Shown here piece after piece: positions 49,708 to 59,200 of a stretch of 64,000 nucleotides of DNA (the first letter of the stretch is position 1; every line of letters begins with the position of its first letter). Source of the stretch: an uncultured Armatimonadetes bacterium. GTDB taxonomy: Bacteria > Armatimonadota > Hebobacteria > Hebobacterales > Hebobacteraceae. The stretch lies in contig OY970296.1 in NCBI GenBank assembly GCA_963716175.1, positions 3,520,001 to 3,584,000 on the forward strand. The letters are read 5' to 3'. The notes under the pieces were generated by a model, which was not told the origin of the DNA, did not search any database, and worked only from the letters and a program-made list of their open reading frames with translations. The translations under genes were made by a program, and so were the position numbers.

Positions 49708-50511
49708 CTAGGGAACGCCTGCGAGCAGGGGCTGAAGCTGAGCGCGCAGCCGGAGCATGGCCTTGCCGTGAATCTGACAGACCCGGGATTCAGTCACCCC
49801 CAGCACACGGCCAATCTCCTTCAAGGTCAGCCCCTCATGATAGTAGAGGCTGACCGCCATCCGCTCGGCCTCCGGCAGCGCGTCGATCGCCTTCGCCAGC
49901 TCGTCTCGCTCTGCCCAGCGCTCCACTTGCTCCTCCGGGGAGAGGGCGCGGCGATCCGCCACCGTGTCACCCAGGGTGTCTTCGTCCCAACCCTCCCCGC
50001 GGCCGCCTGAGATCGCTTCATCCAGGGATTGGACGGCCTGCAGCGCCACCTCTTGGGCGATCTCACTCAGCTCCTCGACCGAGACCTCCAGCGCCGCCGC
50101 CAGCTCCTCGTCAGAGGGAGGCCGGCCCAGCCTATCCTGCAGCCTGGCGCAGGCCGAGGTCACCTCCGACTCGCGCTGGCGAACCGAGCGCGGCAGCCAG
50201 TCCATGTCCCGCAGCATATCCATCACTGCGCCCCGGATGCGGTGATAAGCATAGGTCTCGAACTTGACTCCTCGCCCGGGGTCGAACCGGTCAATGGCGT
50301 CTATCAGGCCCACCACCGCCTGGCTCAGCAGGTCCTCATAGCCCAGCGCCGACGCCGGCCTGAGGTTCATGCGCTCCACGACATAGCGCGCCAGCGGGGC
50401 ATAGCCCTCGATGAGCTGGCGCCGCAGCTCGGCCGCAGGCTCGGAATCGGCGCGGCTCGCCGCGTACTTCCCCCATACCCACTCTGAATCTTCCACCAGC
50501 CCCACCTCCAC
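49708..50511 (-). CDS. FliA/WhiG family RNA polymerase sigma factor (sigma-28)
   Basis: GLIDAIDRFDPGRGVKFETYAYHRIRGAVMDMLRDMDWLPRSVR and LYYHEGLTLKEIGRVLGVTESRVCQIH. The true start may be GTG 50496, behind GGAGG. Confidence 0.93.
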   Translation of the reverse strand: MEVGLVEDSEWVWGKYAASRADSEPAAELRRQLIEGYAPLARYVVERMNLRPASALGYEDLLSQAVVGLIDAIDRFDPGRGVKFETYAYHRIRGAVMDMLRDMDWLPRSVRQRESEVTSACARLQDRLGRPPSDEELAAALEVSVEELSEIAQEVALQAVQSLDEAISGGRGEGWDEDTLGDTVADRRALSPEEQVERWAERDELAKAIDALPEAERMAVSLYYHEGLTLKEIGRVLGVTESRVCQIHGKAMLRLRAQLQPLLAGVP

Positions 50512-50526
50512 CTGGCCCGGTCCGCG

Positions 50527-50832
50527 TCAGCGGACGGCGTGCTCGTGGCTCTCACCGCCGACCGCAGTCCCGACGGGACCGCCGCCGGCATCGTCAGCGA
50601 GTGATCCAGGTCTGGGCTGCGCCACCTCGTCCTCGCGGGGAGGCGGCCGCAGCCAGCCGAGGGCGTTCGCCGCCCAGCGTGCCAGCCAGATCACGGCCAG
50701 GAAGACCACGATGCTCGCCACCACGGCGTAGAAGGGCCCCATCCCCGCCCACAGCGCCAACTTCCCGGTAAGCGTGAGGGCCGCCATCCCCAGGCCCAGG
50801 GTCGCCCCACACACCAGGTCACACATCTTCAT
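50527..50832 (-). CDS. Small hypothetical membrane protein (2 TM helices)
   Basis: Two hydrophobic segments; GGAGAG RBS; co-oriented directly upstream of the sigma-28 gene. Confidence 0.55.
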   Translation of the reverse strand: MKMCDLVCGATLGLGMAALTLTGKLALWAGMGPFYAVVASIVVFLAVIWLARWAANALGWLRPPPREDEVAQPRPGSLADDAGGGPVGTAVGGESHEHAVR

Positions 50833-51173
50833 CGGGGCTCTCCCCTGGGCCAGGAACCAGCGCGGGGATTAGGCAAGAGGCGGGTAGAGGGGATCCAACC
50901 GGTTGGCCAGGAGCCACGAGCGGCCTGGCGGCCACTAAGCGGCGCGACGTACGGCAAAACCGCCCGCCGGCCGCCTGAGCGGTTTCGGGCCTTCAGGCCC
51001 GGAATCGCGGCGGCCGCACGCGCGCCGTTCTGATCGCGCCGTCGTCCAAACCCCACGGTCCACGCCTCTGCTGGACTTCCTGGCTTCCTGCTGGTCCTGC
51101 GGCTCGCTCACGCGAGCCGCCAGAAAGCCACGTGGGGTCTATTCCATAGGGGTTCAGGGGTTTTGAGATCAGG

Positions 51174-51863
51174 CTAGGGCAGCCGATGTTCACCAGACCG
51201 CGCTGCCCCGAGTGCCTTGAGGCCTGATTGGGCGGCGGCATTGGCTGGGTCCAAGGCCAGCGCACGCCGGAATGCGCGCTCCGCCCCCGGCGCGTCGTCT
51301 GCCTTCCAGAGCGCGAAGCCAAGGAGCGCCTGTATTCGCGGCGCCTGGGGCACCAGCCTCGCGGCCTCTTCCGCGGACCGCCGCGCCTGGGCCGCCTGTC
51401 CCAGGCTCAGTAGCTGGTACGCTAACATGGCATGGGCTATGCCCTCGCGCGGGTCCAGCTCAATGGACCTGCGCAGCGACTGCACCGCGCCTCGACTATC
51501 GCCCATCGCTCCCAGCACATCGCCCAGTTCGAGCGCGGCGCCGGGATCATCGGGTTTCGTCTCCGCCACCGCTCTCAGCTCGCGCGCCGCGGCCGATGTA
51601 TTGCTTTCCGCGAGCAGGTGCATCGCCAGTTCCCGCCGCGCGCGGGGGTTGTCGGGGGACAGGGAGAGCGCTTGCTCGACTTTCGCGCGAGCGGCAGCAC
51701 CTTCGGCTTTTGCGCCCAGCTTCTGCGCCTCATCCACTAACCGGTCGGATTGCGCCAGGCCCCGGACGCGCGGAAGCTCTGCCAGCGCCAGTCCCAGGGC
51801 CAGCACCGCGCCGAGGCTCGCCAGTACGATGAGTATGCGGAGAGTGGTATTCCGCGCTTCCAT
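51174..51863 (-). CDS. Tetratricopeptide repeat protein with an N-terminal membrane anchor
   Basis: Repeats ending 'ALSLSPDN', 'SIELDPRE' and 'ALALDPAN'. Confidence 0.85.
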   Translation of the reverse strand: MEARNTTLRILIVLASLGAVLALGLALAELPRVRGLAQSDRLVDEAQKLGAKAEGAAARAKVEQALSLSPDNPRARRELAMHLLAESNTSAAARELRAVAETKPDDPGAALELGDVLGAMGDSRGAVQSLRRSIELDPREGIAHAMLAYQLLSLGQAAQARRSAEEAARLVPQAPRIQALLGFALWKADDAPGAERAFRRALALDPANAAAQSGLKALGAARSGEHRLP

Positions 51864-51867
51864 GTCT

Positions 51868-53616
51868 CTACCCGGCCGCCCGGCGAGCCCTGCCCGAGCG
51901 GACTACCTTGAAGGTTCCGGACGTCTTCTGCCATGCCACCAGGTAGTCGCCTGGGAGCAGCACCGACCAGGCCATTTCCCGGGGCGAGATGTCTCCATCT
52001 TGCCGCACCACACGCACCGGAACCGGCCGGCCCCTCCGCAGTGCCACTGCTTGTTCGAGGCTATTGCGGAAGACTTGTGCTCCCAGGTGGGTCTCTGGCA
52101 GATCCTGTACGTACAGGGCCAGATGGCCGCTTGGCCCTTGCAGCCGGTCTGCCAGATCAGCGCTGGCAGTAACGATCCGGGCCGCGGTTCGTCTCGCTTC
52201 CCTCCAGGGCAAGATGTACCAGGAGGTCAGACCAGCGGCGACGAGGAGGACGACCGCGATCCCAGCTCCGCGCTGCCAGCCCATCTGGCGCGCACTGCAC
52301 AGATCGCCGAAGAGCCACACCAGGCCAATCGTTGGCAAGTAAGCGAACCGGCTGTGTTCCAAGTCTGGCGCGGCTGCCGCCAGCGTCCACGCTGGCACCA
52401 GCATGAACAGGAAGAAGCCCGACCACAGCATGAGCCGACGACCGGGCACTCCTCCGAGTTGGCGCATCATCCACAGCAGGCCCAGTGCCATCAGCACCAC
52501 AGTGACGGGCAGCCAGGGTCCACCCGCGAGCCGGAACAGGTCCTGATGAACCGGGAAGAAGAAGGCGACGATATGCCGAAAGGGCGTCCATGGCAAGACG
52601 GTGTCGTGGGCAGTCAGGTGGAGAGGGTATCCGCCCAGTCCGCCCCTGACGTGAATGCGCCACGCCAGATACCCGCAGAGCACGATCGAGTAGCATCCCC
52701 CGACCATCACTGTGCGCCGCCAGCGGCCTTCCGGCTGCCCCAGAGCGGCCCAGAGCAGGGCCGCCGCTGGCAGCGCCAGGGCCGCCTCCTTGCTCAACAG
52801 GGCAAGCAGGAAGCTGCCCAGCGCGGCGGCCATGGCGAGCCACTGCCAGGCCCGCGCGGAGGAGGTGAGATAGGCCTGCAGGCTGAGCAGGGACAGGAGA
52901 CAGAAGCAGGTGCACAGCAGGTCGGCGCTGCAGGAGGCCCAGACCACGGTTTCCACGTGAAGCGGATGCAACGCGAACAGCATTCCCGCCAGGCCCGCCC
53001 CCAGTCTGCTGCCGGTCACACGACTCGCCAGCAGGTAGACCAGGACCGAGTTGGCCGCGTGCAGAGAGACGCTGGCGAGATGATAGCCCATGGGCGCCCC
53101 TGCCCAGGCCTTCACGCCGATCCACCATAGCAGCATGGACACCGGCCGAGAGAAGTACTCCAGCACCTGACTGGTTGCTGCTTCGCGTAGGCCTCCGGCG
53201 GACTGCGCCACCCAGAGCAACCCGAAGTCGTCCGAGAGGAGGCCGACCTTCAGGCTTGGGAGATACACCAGGATGGCGGCCGCTATCACGGCAGTGGCAG
53301 GAGCCAGGCTCCTGCCCAATATGGCAGGCGCCGCCCGCGTCTCCGGCGTCTTGCTCGCGGCCGCAGGCGAGAAACCCAAGAGCCCGCGCCCGGCCACGGC
53401 CACCACTACCAGGCAGAGGGCGGCGACATTCGCGCTCCATTCCGCTGTCGGGAGGGCCGGCAGAAACCACCACCGCCACGCCAGGGCGGCCACCGCGATG
53501 CCGGCCGCCGCATTCACCAGGCGACGATCTCGCCTCCCGGCGGCCGCGGCGAGCCGGCCGGTCTTGCTCGTCCTCTTCCCGCGGGCGCGAGGTGGGCGCT
53601 TGAGGCCGTGGTGCAC
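51868..53616 (-). CDS. GT-C-type (PMT/TMTC-like) membrane glycosyltransferase
   Basis: LLSDDF, FSRPVS, YHLASVSLHAANSVLVYLL, LFALHPLHVETVVW, ALLSKEAA, RFAYLP; start approximate. Confidence 0.75.
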   Translation of the reverse strand: MHHGLKRPPRARGKRTSKTGRLAAAAGRRDRRLVNAAAGIAVAALAWRWWFLPALPTAEWSANVAALCLVVVAVAGRGLLGFSPAAASKTPETRAAPAILGRSLAPATAVIAAAILVYLPSLKVGLLSDDFGLLWVAQSAGGLREAATSQVLEYFSRPVSMLLWWIGVKAWAGAPMGYHLASVSLHAANSVLVYLLASRVTGSRLGAGLAGMLFALHPLHVETVVWASCSADLLCTCFCLLSLLSLQAYLTSSARAWQWLAMAAALGSFLLALLSKEAALALPAAALLWAALGQPEGRWRRTVMVGGCYSIVLCGYLAWRIHVRGGLGGYPLHLTAHDTVLPWTPFRHIVAFFFPVHQDLFRLAGGPWLPVTVVLMALGLLWMMRQLGGVPGRRLMLWSGFFLFMLVPAWTLAAAAPDLEHSRFAYLPTIGLVWLFGDLCSARQMGWQRGAGIAVVLLVAAGLTSWYILPWREARRTAARIVTASADLADRLQGPSGHLALYVQDLPETHLGAQVFRNSLEQAVALRRGRPVPVRVVRQDGDISPREMAWSVLLPGDYLVAWQKTSGTFKVVRSGRARRAAG

Positions 53617-53618
53617 TT

Positions 53619-54206
53619 TCAGTCCCCCAGGCTGAGCTGCGCCAACCGCCGCCCCAGATCGCGCGCGGCCTCTAGCGCTCGCGCGTCTTGCAGAACATCG
53701 CCCGGGTCGCGTCCCACCGCACATACCTGCCAGCCCGCGTCGGAGGGGGAACCGGCCAGCATCATCCCGTGGTTGAGGGCGCAGGCGAGAACATGCGTGG
53801 CCGCCACCTCCTGGCCGCCCCAACGTGCGGCCCCGACCGTCACCACGGCGATCACCTTGCCCGACAGCTTGCGTCCCATCCACCACAGCGGCCGCATGCG
53901 GTCGAAGACCGCTTTCAACTGCGCTGTCATGCTGTTGAGATAGACTGGCGTGCCGAACACGATGGCATCGGCCCAACCGAGCAGGGGATAGAGCTCCGTC
54001 ATGTCATCCTGTTGGACGCAGCGGCCGGAGGGATCGCGCACACAAGAGGCGCAGGCGGTGCAGGGCATGATGGTTCTTCCCGCGACCGTGAACAGGGTGG
54101 CGGCCGCGCCCTCCTCCCGCGCCGCCTCCAGCACCCGCTCCATCAACAGCTCCGTATTCCCGCCCTTCCGCGGGCTGCCGACGAGGCCGAGGATATGCTG
54201 CATCAT
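53619..54206 (-). CDS. Flavodoxin family / iron-sulfur flavoprotein (FMN_red)
   Basis: GSPRKGGNT, CTACASC....C, DDM, FGTPVY, GGQE. Confidence 0.9.
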   Translation of the reverse strand: MMQHILGLVGSPRKGGNTELLMERVLEAAREEGAAATLFTVAGRTIMPCTACASCVRDPSGRCVQQDDMTELYPLLGWADAIVFGTPVYLNSMTAQLKAVFDRMRPLWWMGRKLSGKVIAVVTVGAARWGGQEVAATHVLACALNHGMMLAGSPSDAGWQVCAVGRDPGDVLQDARALEAARDLGRRLAQLSLGD

Positions 54207-54355
54207 TGCCTCTCTCAGTTGGGCTGCGTTTATCCACGGGGCCGGCTGGGTCCTGCTATTCAGCCGGGTGCTGGAAAGACTGAGCCGTCTGGGTTATAGT
54301 TGGGTGCGTCAGCCGGGGTGGGTGCCTGCCTCTGGCCCGGGTCTGGACGCGACCA

Positions 54356-55936
54356 ATGGCGAATCGGCTAACGAACAACATGCTTCGCCGCCTCGCCTCC
54401 GAGATCGGCGTCGTCCGCAAGGACCACGGCGGCCGGCTCCGCGTCTGCCTGGTCTACCCGAACACCTACTTCGTGGGCATGTCCAGCCTGGGCTTGCAGG
54501 CCGTCTACCATCTCTTCAACGCCCGCCCCAATGTGGTCTGCGAGCGGGCCTTCTTGCCTGACCCCGCGGACTTGGCCGACCTGGTCCGCACCGGCGCCCC
54601 GCTAGTCTCCTATGAGTCACAGACTCCTCTCCAGCAGTTCGATGCCATCGCCTTCTCCATCTCCTATGAACTCGATTACATGAATCTCGCGCGGGTGCTG
54701 CGGCTAGCGAAGCTGCCAGTGATGGCCCACGAACGGGACGACCGCCATCCCCTGGTTGTGGCCGGAGGCGCGGCCGTTTCCATCAACCCGGAGCCGCTCG
54801 CCGACCTGGTGGATTTGTTCGTGGTAGGAGAGGCGGAGCCGGTTTGCGATCGGTTGCTGGCGGCGCTCGCCGGCCGCCTGTCGAGAGAAGAGCTGCTGGC
54901 AGGGCTGCCGGACCTGCCAGGGGTACACGTTCCGGCCCGAGGAAGCTTGCATGAGGGCTTGGCGAGGAGAGCCGTCCAACGCCAATATGCCCGGCCTTTG
55001 GATGCCTGGCCGACTCACTCGCGCCTCCTCACGCCGGACACGGAGTTCGGCAACCTATTCCTGGTTGAGGCCGCCCGCGGCTGCGGGCGGGGCTGCAAGT
55101 TCTGCGTGACGCCGGCCTGCTACTGGCCGTTGCGGTGGCGCTCGGCGGGGAAGATCATGGAATCAGTGGAGGCCGGTCTGGCCCACCGCGATGCGGTGGG
55201 CCTGGTCGGTGCTGCTGTCTCCGACCACCCCGAGATCGAGGAGATCGCGCGCCGCATCCGAGGGGCGGGCGCCAGACTGTCGGTCTCCTCCTTGCGCGCG
55301 GACACGGTGTCTCCAGCGCTCATCGGAGTTCTGGCCGGGAGCGGCGCCCGCAGCATCACCGTGGCGCCGGAGGCGGGGAGCGACCGGCTGCGCGCGGCAA
55401 TCGGCAAGGGTATCTCGGAGCAGGAGATCATCAAGGCGCTGCGCACGGCCGCCGACGGCGGCATCAGGGAGGCAAAGCTCTATTTCATGGTGGGCTTGCC
55501 CGGGGAAGGGGAGGAGGACGTCGCCGCCATACCCGCCCTGGTCCGTAAGTGCCTCACGGCCGCCCACCTCGGCGCGCTGACCGTCGCCGTCGGTGCATTC
55601 GTGCCCAAACCCCACACCCCGTACGAACGTGAGCCCATGCTGTGGGTCGCCGAGCTCTGGCGCCGGCTGCGCGCCGTCCGCGAGGAGCTGCGGGGCGAAC
55701 CGCGGGTCAAGTTGGCGCTGGAGAGCGCCAACTGGTCCTACCTGGAGGGGGCGCTCAGTCGGGGTGACAGGCGCCTGGGGCCGGTTATCGCTGCCGCGGA
55801 AGCGAGGGGAGGCAACCTGGCGGCCTGGCGCACCGCCTTCCGAGAGGCCGGCCTGAGCGCCGAGCAGTTCGCCGGTCGCGCCCCTGAAGGTGAGCTGCCC
55901 TGGGGGTTCATCCTCCCAGACGGGAGCAGTTTCTGA
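54356..55936 (+). CDS. Radical SAM protein with a B12-binding-like N-terminal domain
   Basis: YPNTYFVGMSSLG, NPEPLAD, RGCGRGCKFC, APEAGSDRLR, KLYFMVGLPGE, FVPKPHTP. Confidence 0.9.
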   Translation: MANRLTNNMLRRLASEIGVVRKDHGGRLRVCLVYPNTYFVGMSSLGLQAVYHLFNARPNVVCERAFLPDPADLADLVRTGAPLVSYESQTPLQQFDAIAFSISYELDYMNLARVLRLAKLPVMAHERDDRHPLVVAGGAAVSINPEPLADLVDLFVVGEAEPVCDRLLAALAGRLSREELLAGLPDLPGVHVPARGSLHEGLARRAVQRQYARPLDAWPTHSRLLTPDTEFGNLFLVEAARGCGRGCKFCVTPACYWPLRWRSAGKIMESVEAGLAHRDAVGLVGAAVSDHPEIEEIARRIRGAGARLSVSSLRADTVSPALIGVLAGSGARSITVAPEAGSDRLRAAIGKGISEQEIIKALRTAADGGIREAKLYFMVGLPGEGEEDVAAIPALVRKCLTAAHLGALTVAVGAFVPKPHTPYEREPMLWVAELWRRLRAVREELRGEPRVKLALESANWSYLEGALSRGDRRLGPVIAAAEARGGNLAAWRTAFREAGLSAEQFAGRAPEGELPWGFILPDGSSF

Positions 55937-56077
55937 CGCGAGGGGCGCCGGCCGCTCGCGAGCCCCTGCGGGAACGAGGAAATGACAGGCCGGCCCGAGT
56001 TGAGGCTAGGCCCAGATGGCAGGTAGTGTCATCTGGGTCGCCGAAAGATAGGCTGTAGGGTGCAGATGTAGTGCAGA

Positions 56078-56106
56078 TTGACTTGACCTGGCCGCCGTGC
56101 TAGCAT
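56078..56106 (+). promoter_or_regulatory. Putative sigma70 promoter of the M28-FtsX operon
   Basis: TTGACT-17 nt-TAGCAT with an extended TG; preceded by a GTGCAGAT direct repeat at 56060 and 56071. Confidence 0.5.
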
Positions 56107-56201
56107 GGCGCTCGGATGAGGACTTGGCCGGCGGCGGAGAGAACGCGGCCGGCGAGGGTTTTGGACTGGCCCTCCGCCGGCAAAGCAGGAGGCGACTCGA
56201 C

Positions 56202-59200
56202 ATGAACGCAGCGCTCCGGTTCGGCATGCGGCGGGGGTTGATCTTTGGGCTCAGTGGTCTGCTCCTTGCCGTTCTCTGGGCCTCTTCCCCGGCGCTCGCG
56301 GCGCTGGGGAAGAAAGAGCCGACCCCGGAGCAGAAGAAGTGGTGGAAGACCTTCTCGAATGAGGTCAAGTCGGCCAATATCGAGCGCCACGTCGTCAACC
56401 TGAGCAACTCAGGTCCTCGCCTGGCTGGCTATCCCGGGGCCGAGGTGGCGGCCGAGTATATCGCGAAGGAAGTGCAGGCCCTGGGCCTGAAGGATGCCAG
56501 CCACGGCGGCCTCGATCCCAAGCTCCCCTACCGCGAAGCTTACTGGGTGACCGTTCCCTGGGTCTGGGGGCAGCCCACGGTGGAGGTGCTGGTCGGCGGC
56601 AAAGCCGTGGCGAGCTATCCGGTCTATCCCCTCTGGCCGAACCTGGTCCGGACCTCCCAATTGCCGGAAGGGGGCAAGACCTACCGCTTGATAGCTGGCG
56701 GTGATGGAAGTCTGGCCGAGTTCAGCGGGAAAGACGTCGAGGACACGGCCGTTCTGCTGCAGTTCTCCGGTGGCACCACGTGGCTGAACGCCCCTCGCCT
56801 GGGCGCCCGCGCGGTGATCTTCATCGAGCCGGAGGCGCTCGAGCGGGGCGAGGCCGAGGCCAAGTTCCTGCGCATCCCCATCAACATCCCTCGCTACTGG
56901 ATCTCCCGCAGCGATGCCAACCGCTTGATCGCCAGGCTGAAGTCCCAGCCGGAGGTGATGATCCGGATTCAGTGCCACATGACCTGGGAGAGAAAGCAGG
57001 CCTGGAATATCGTGGCCGAGATCCCGGGCACCGACAAAGAGCTGAAGAAGCAGGCGGTCTATCTCACCGCCTACTACGACACCATGTCCATGGTGCCCCA
57101 GCTCTCGCCAGGGGCCGAGAGCACCGCGGGGGCGGCCAGCCTGCTCGAGCTGACCAGGATTCTGGCCAGGTATCCCCCCAAACGCACGGTGCGGGTGATC
57201 TTCAACGGGGCCCATTTCCTGGGTCTGGCTGGGGTTCGCAACTACGTCGCCACGCACCTGAAGGAGCTGACCGACGGCCTGCCGGTGAGGGAGCGGACGC
57301 GCTTCTTGGGGTTGATCCCCTACACCCACACCGTGATGAAGAAGATGCCGATCAACCTCTTCCTGGCTTTCGACCTGTCCACTCACCACAGCCGGGTTGG
57401 CCTCTTCTACAAGGGGTTCTTCTACGACCAGCGCGAGGATATGGATATCAGCCGCCAGTTCTCTGATTTCGCCCGCACCCTGAGAGAGAATGCGGGGCTG
57501 ATGGCGGATTGGGAGACGACCAAGGGCTTCACTGACGCCGAGGCCGGGTTCGCGGATGGCGTGAACCCGATCTACGGCAAGCCCTGGCGCACCTTCATCT
57601 TCGGGAAGATCGCGCTGGACAATGAGCCCATCACTCTGGGTGGGGGACGGGGAGCAGGCTTCGTCACCACCGATGACTCCCGGCCCCTGTTGGACACCCC
57701 CTTCGACACCGTTGACCAGGTGAACTTCAAGAACCTGTACACGCAGAGCTGCTTCCTTGCCGCCACCCTGTGGGACGTCGTGAACGACCCCAAGATGCCG
57801 GTGGACAAGGACCCCAAGTTCGCGCGGATGACGCTCTCCGGCGGCTTCGCCGAGCTGACGGCGAAGGCCCTGGCCTTCGATCCCACCAGGAGCGTGGTGG
57901 CCGACAAAGTGGTGTCAGGCACCATGGTGGTGGCTCGCATGTCGGACTCCACCCTGATGGGCACGCGCGGTGACCTGGTGGAGATCGTTGACGACCGGGG
58001 CCGCAGCCACTTCTGGGGTTACCCCACCATCAACGCTTACGGCTGGCGCAAGCCCAGCTACATCGAGGCCTACCACACCAACCCGCAGACCGGCGACATT
58101 GACTACGCTCCCGACTGGGGCCCCATGGTCAGCCGCAGCAACCCCGATCCCACCCAGTTCTTCATCACCTCCGGCAAGAAAGAATGCACCATCGTCATCT
58201 TCGACTGCGTCCCCATTGCCCTCTATGACCTGGTTGACCCGCAGAGCCTGACCACGCTCCGCTATATCAAGGTCTACGACGGCCAGACCGATGCCGAGCC
58301 CAGACGCTACGGGCTGACCGTTCCCCATCCCGAGCCGCTGCGCGGCCATGTGGAGGACGTGGCCCTGGTGTTTGCGGACAAGGGCCAGCGGGTGAAGGTG
58401 ATGATGGGCCTGGGGGGCGGCTCGATCCGCATGCTGTTGCTGAACGCGGCGACCATCAGCCCCAAGTACGAGAGCGGGCTGGGGTATCTCGCGGACAAGC
58501 CCTTCGCGCTCTCCCACACCCCGCTGCGGGTGACACAGGACATGTGGAAGCTGGACGACCTGCGGATGAAGAAGCTGGAGGGCTTCCGCATCGTGAATGA
58601 GGTGGTGCGATCCCTGCACACCACCGCCGGGACGCTGCTGGCGAAAGCGCAGAAGGCGCTGGACCGCAAAGACTACGAGCTGGCCGATGCCGAGGCGCGA
58701 GCGGCCTGGGGCTATGAGGCGCGGGCCTATCCCGCCGTGCTCTCCACTATGAACGACGTGGTGAAGGGCGTGCTCTTCTACCTCGCGCTGATGCTGCCGT
58801 TCGCCTTTTTCGTGGAGCGCCTGGTGTTCGCTTTCCCCAACCTGCGCACCCAGATCTTCGGCATCGTCATCATCTTCGCGGTGATCTGCCTGATCTTCAG
58901 CTTCATCCATCCCGCCTTCGAGATCACCAAGAACCCCTGGATCGTGCCGCTGGCCTTCATTATGGTGGCCCTCAGCGTGTTGGTGATCACGCTGGTGACG
59001 ATGAAGTTCGAGACTCAGCTCAAGATGCTCCAGATGAAAGTCTCCGGGGTGCACCGCGCCGACATCGGGCGCATGAGCGTGGCCGCCGCGGCCTTCGCCC
59101 TGGGGATCAGCAACATGCGCAAGCGCCGCGCCCGCACCGTGTTCACCTGCCTCACCCTGATCCTGCTCACCTTCACCGTGCTCTCCTTCACCTCGGTGAA

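Noticed and set aside
51217-53130. 637-aa plus-strand ORF
   Set aside because: Antisense shadow of the TPR and GT-C genes; no motifs, and typical of high-GC DNA.
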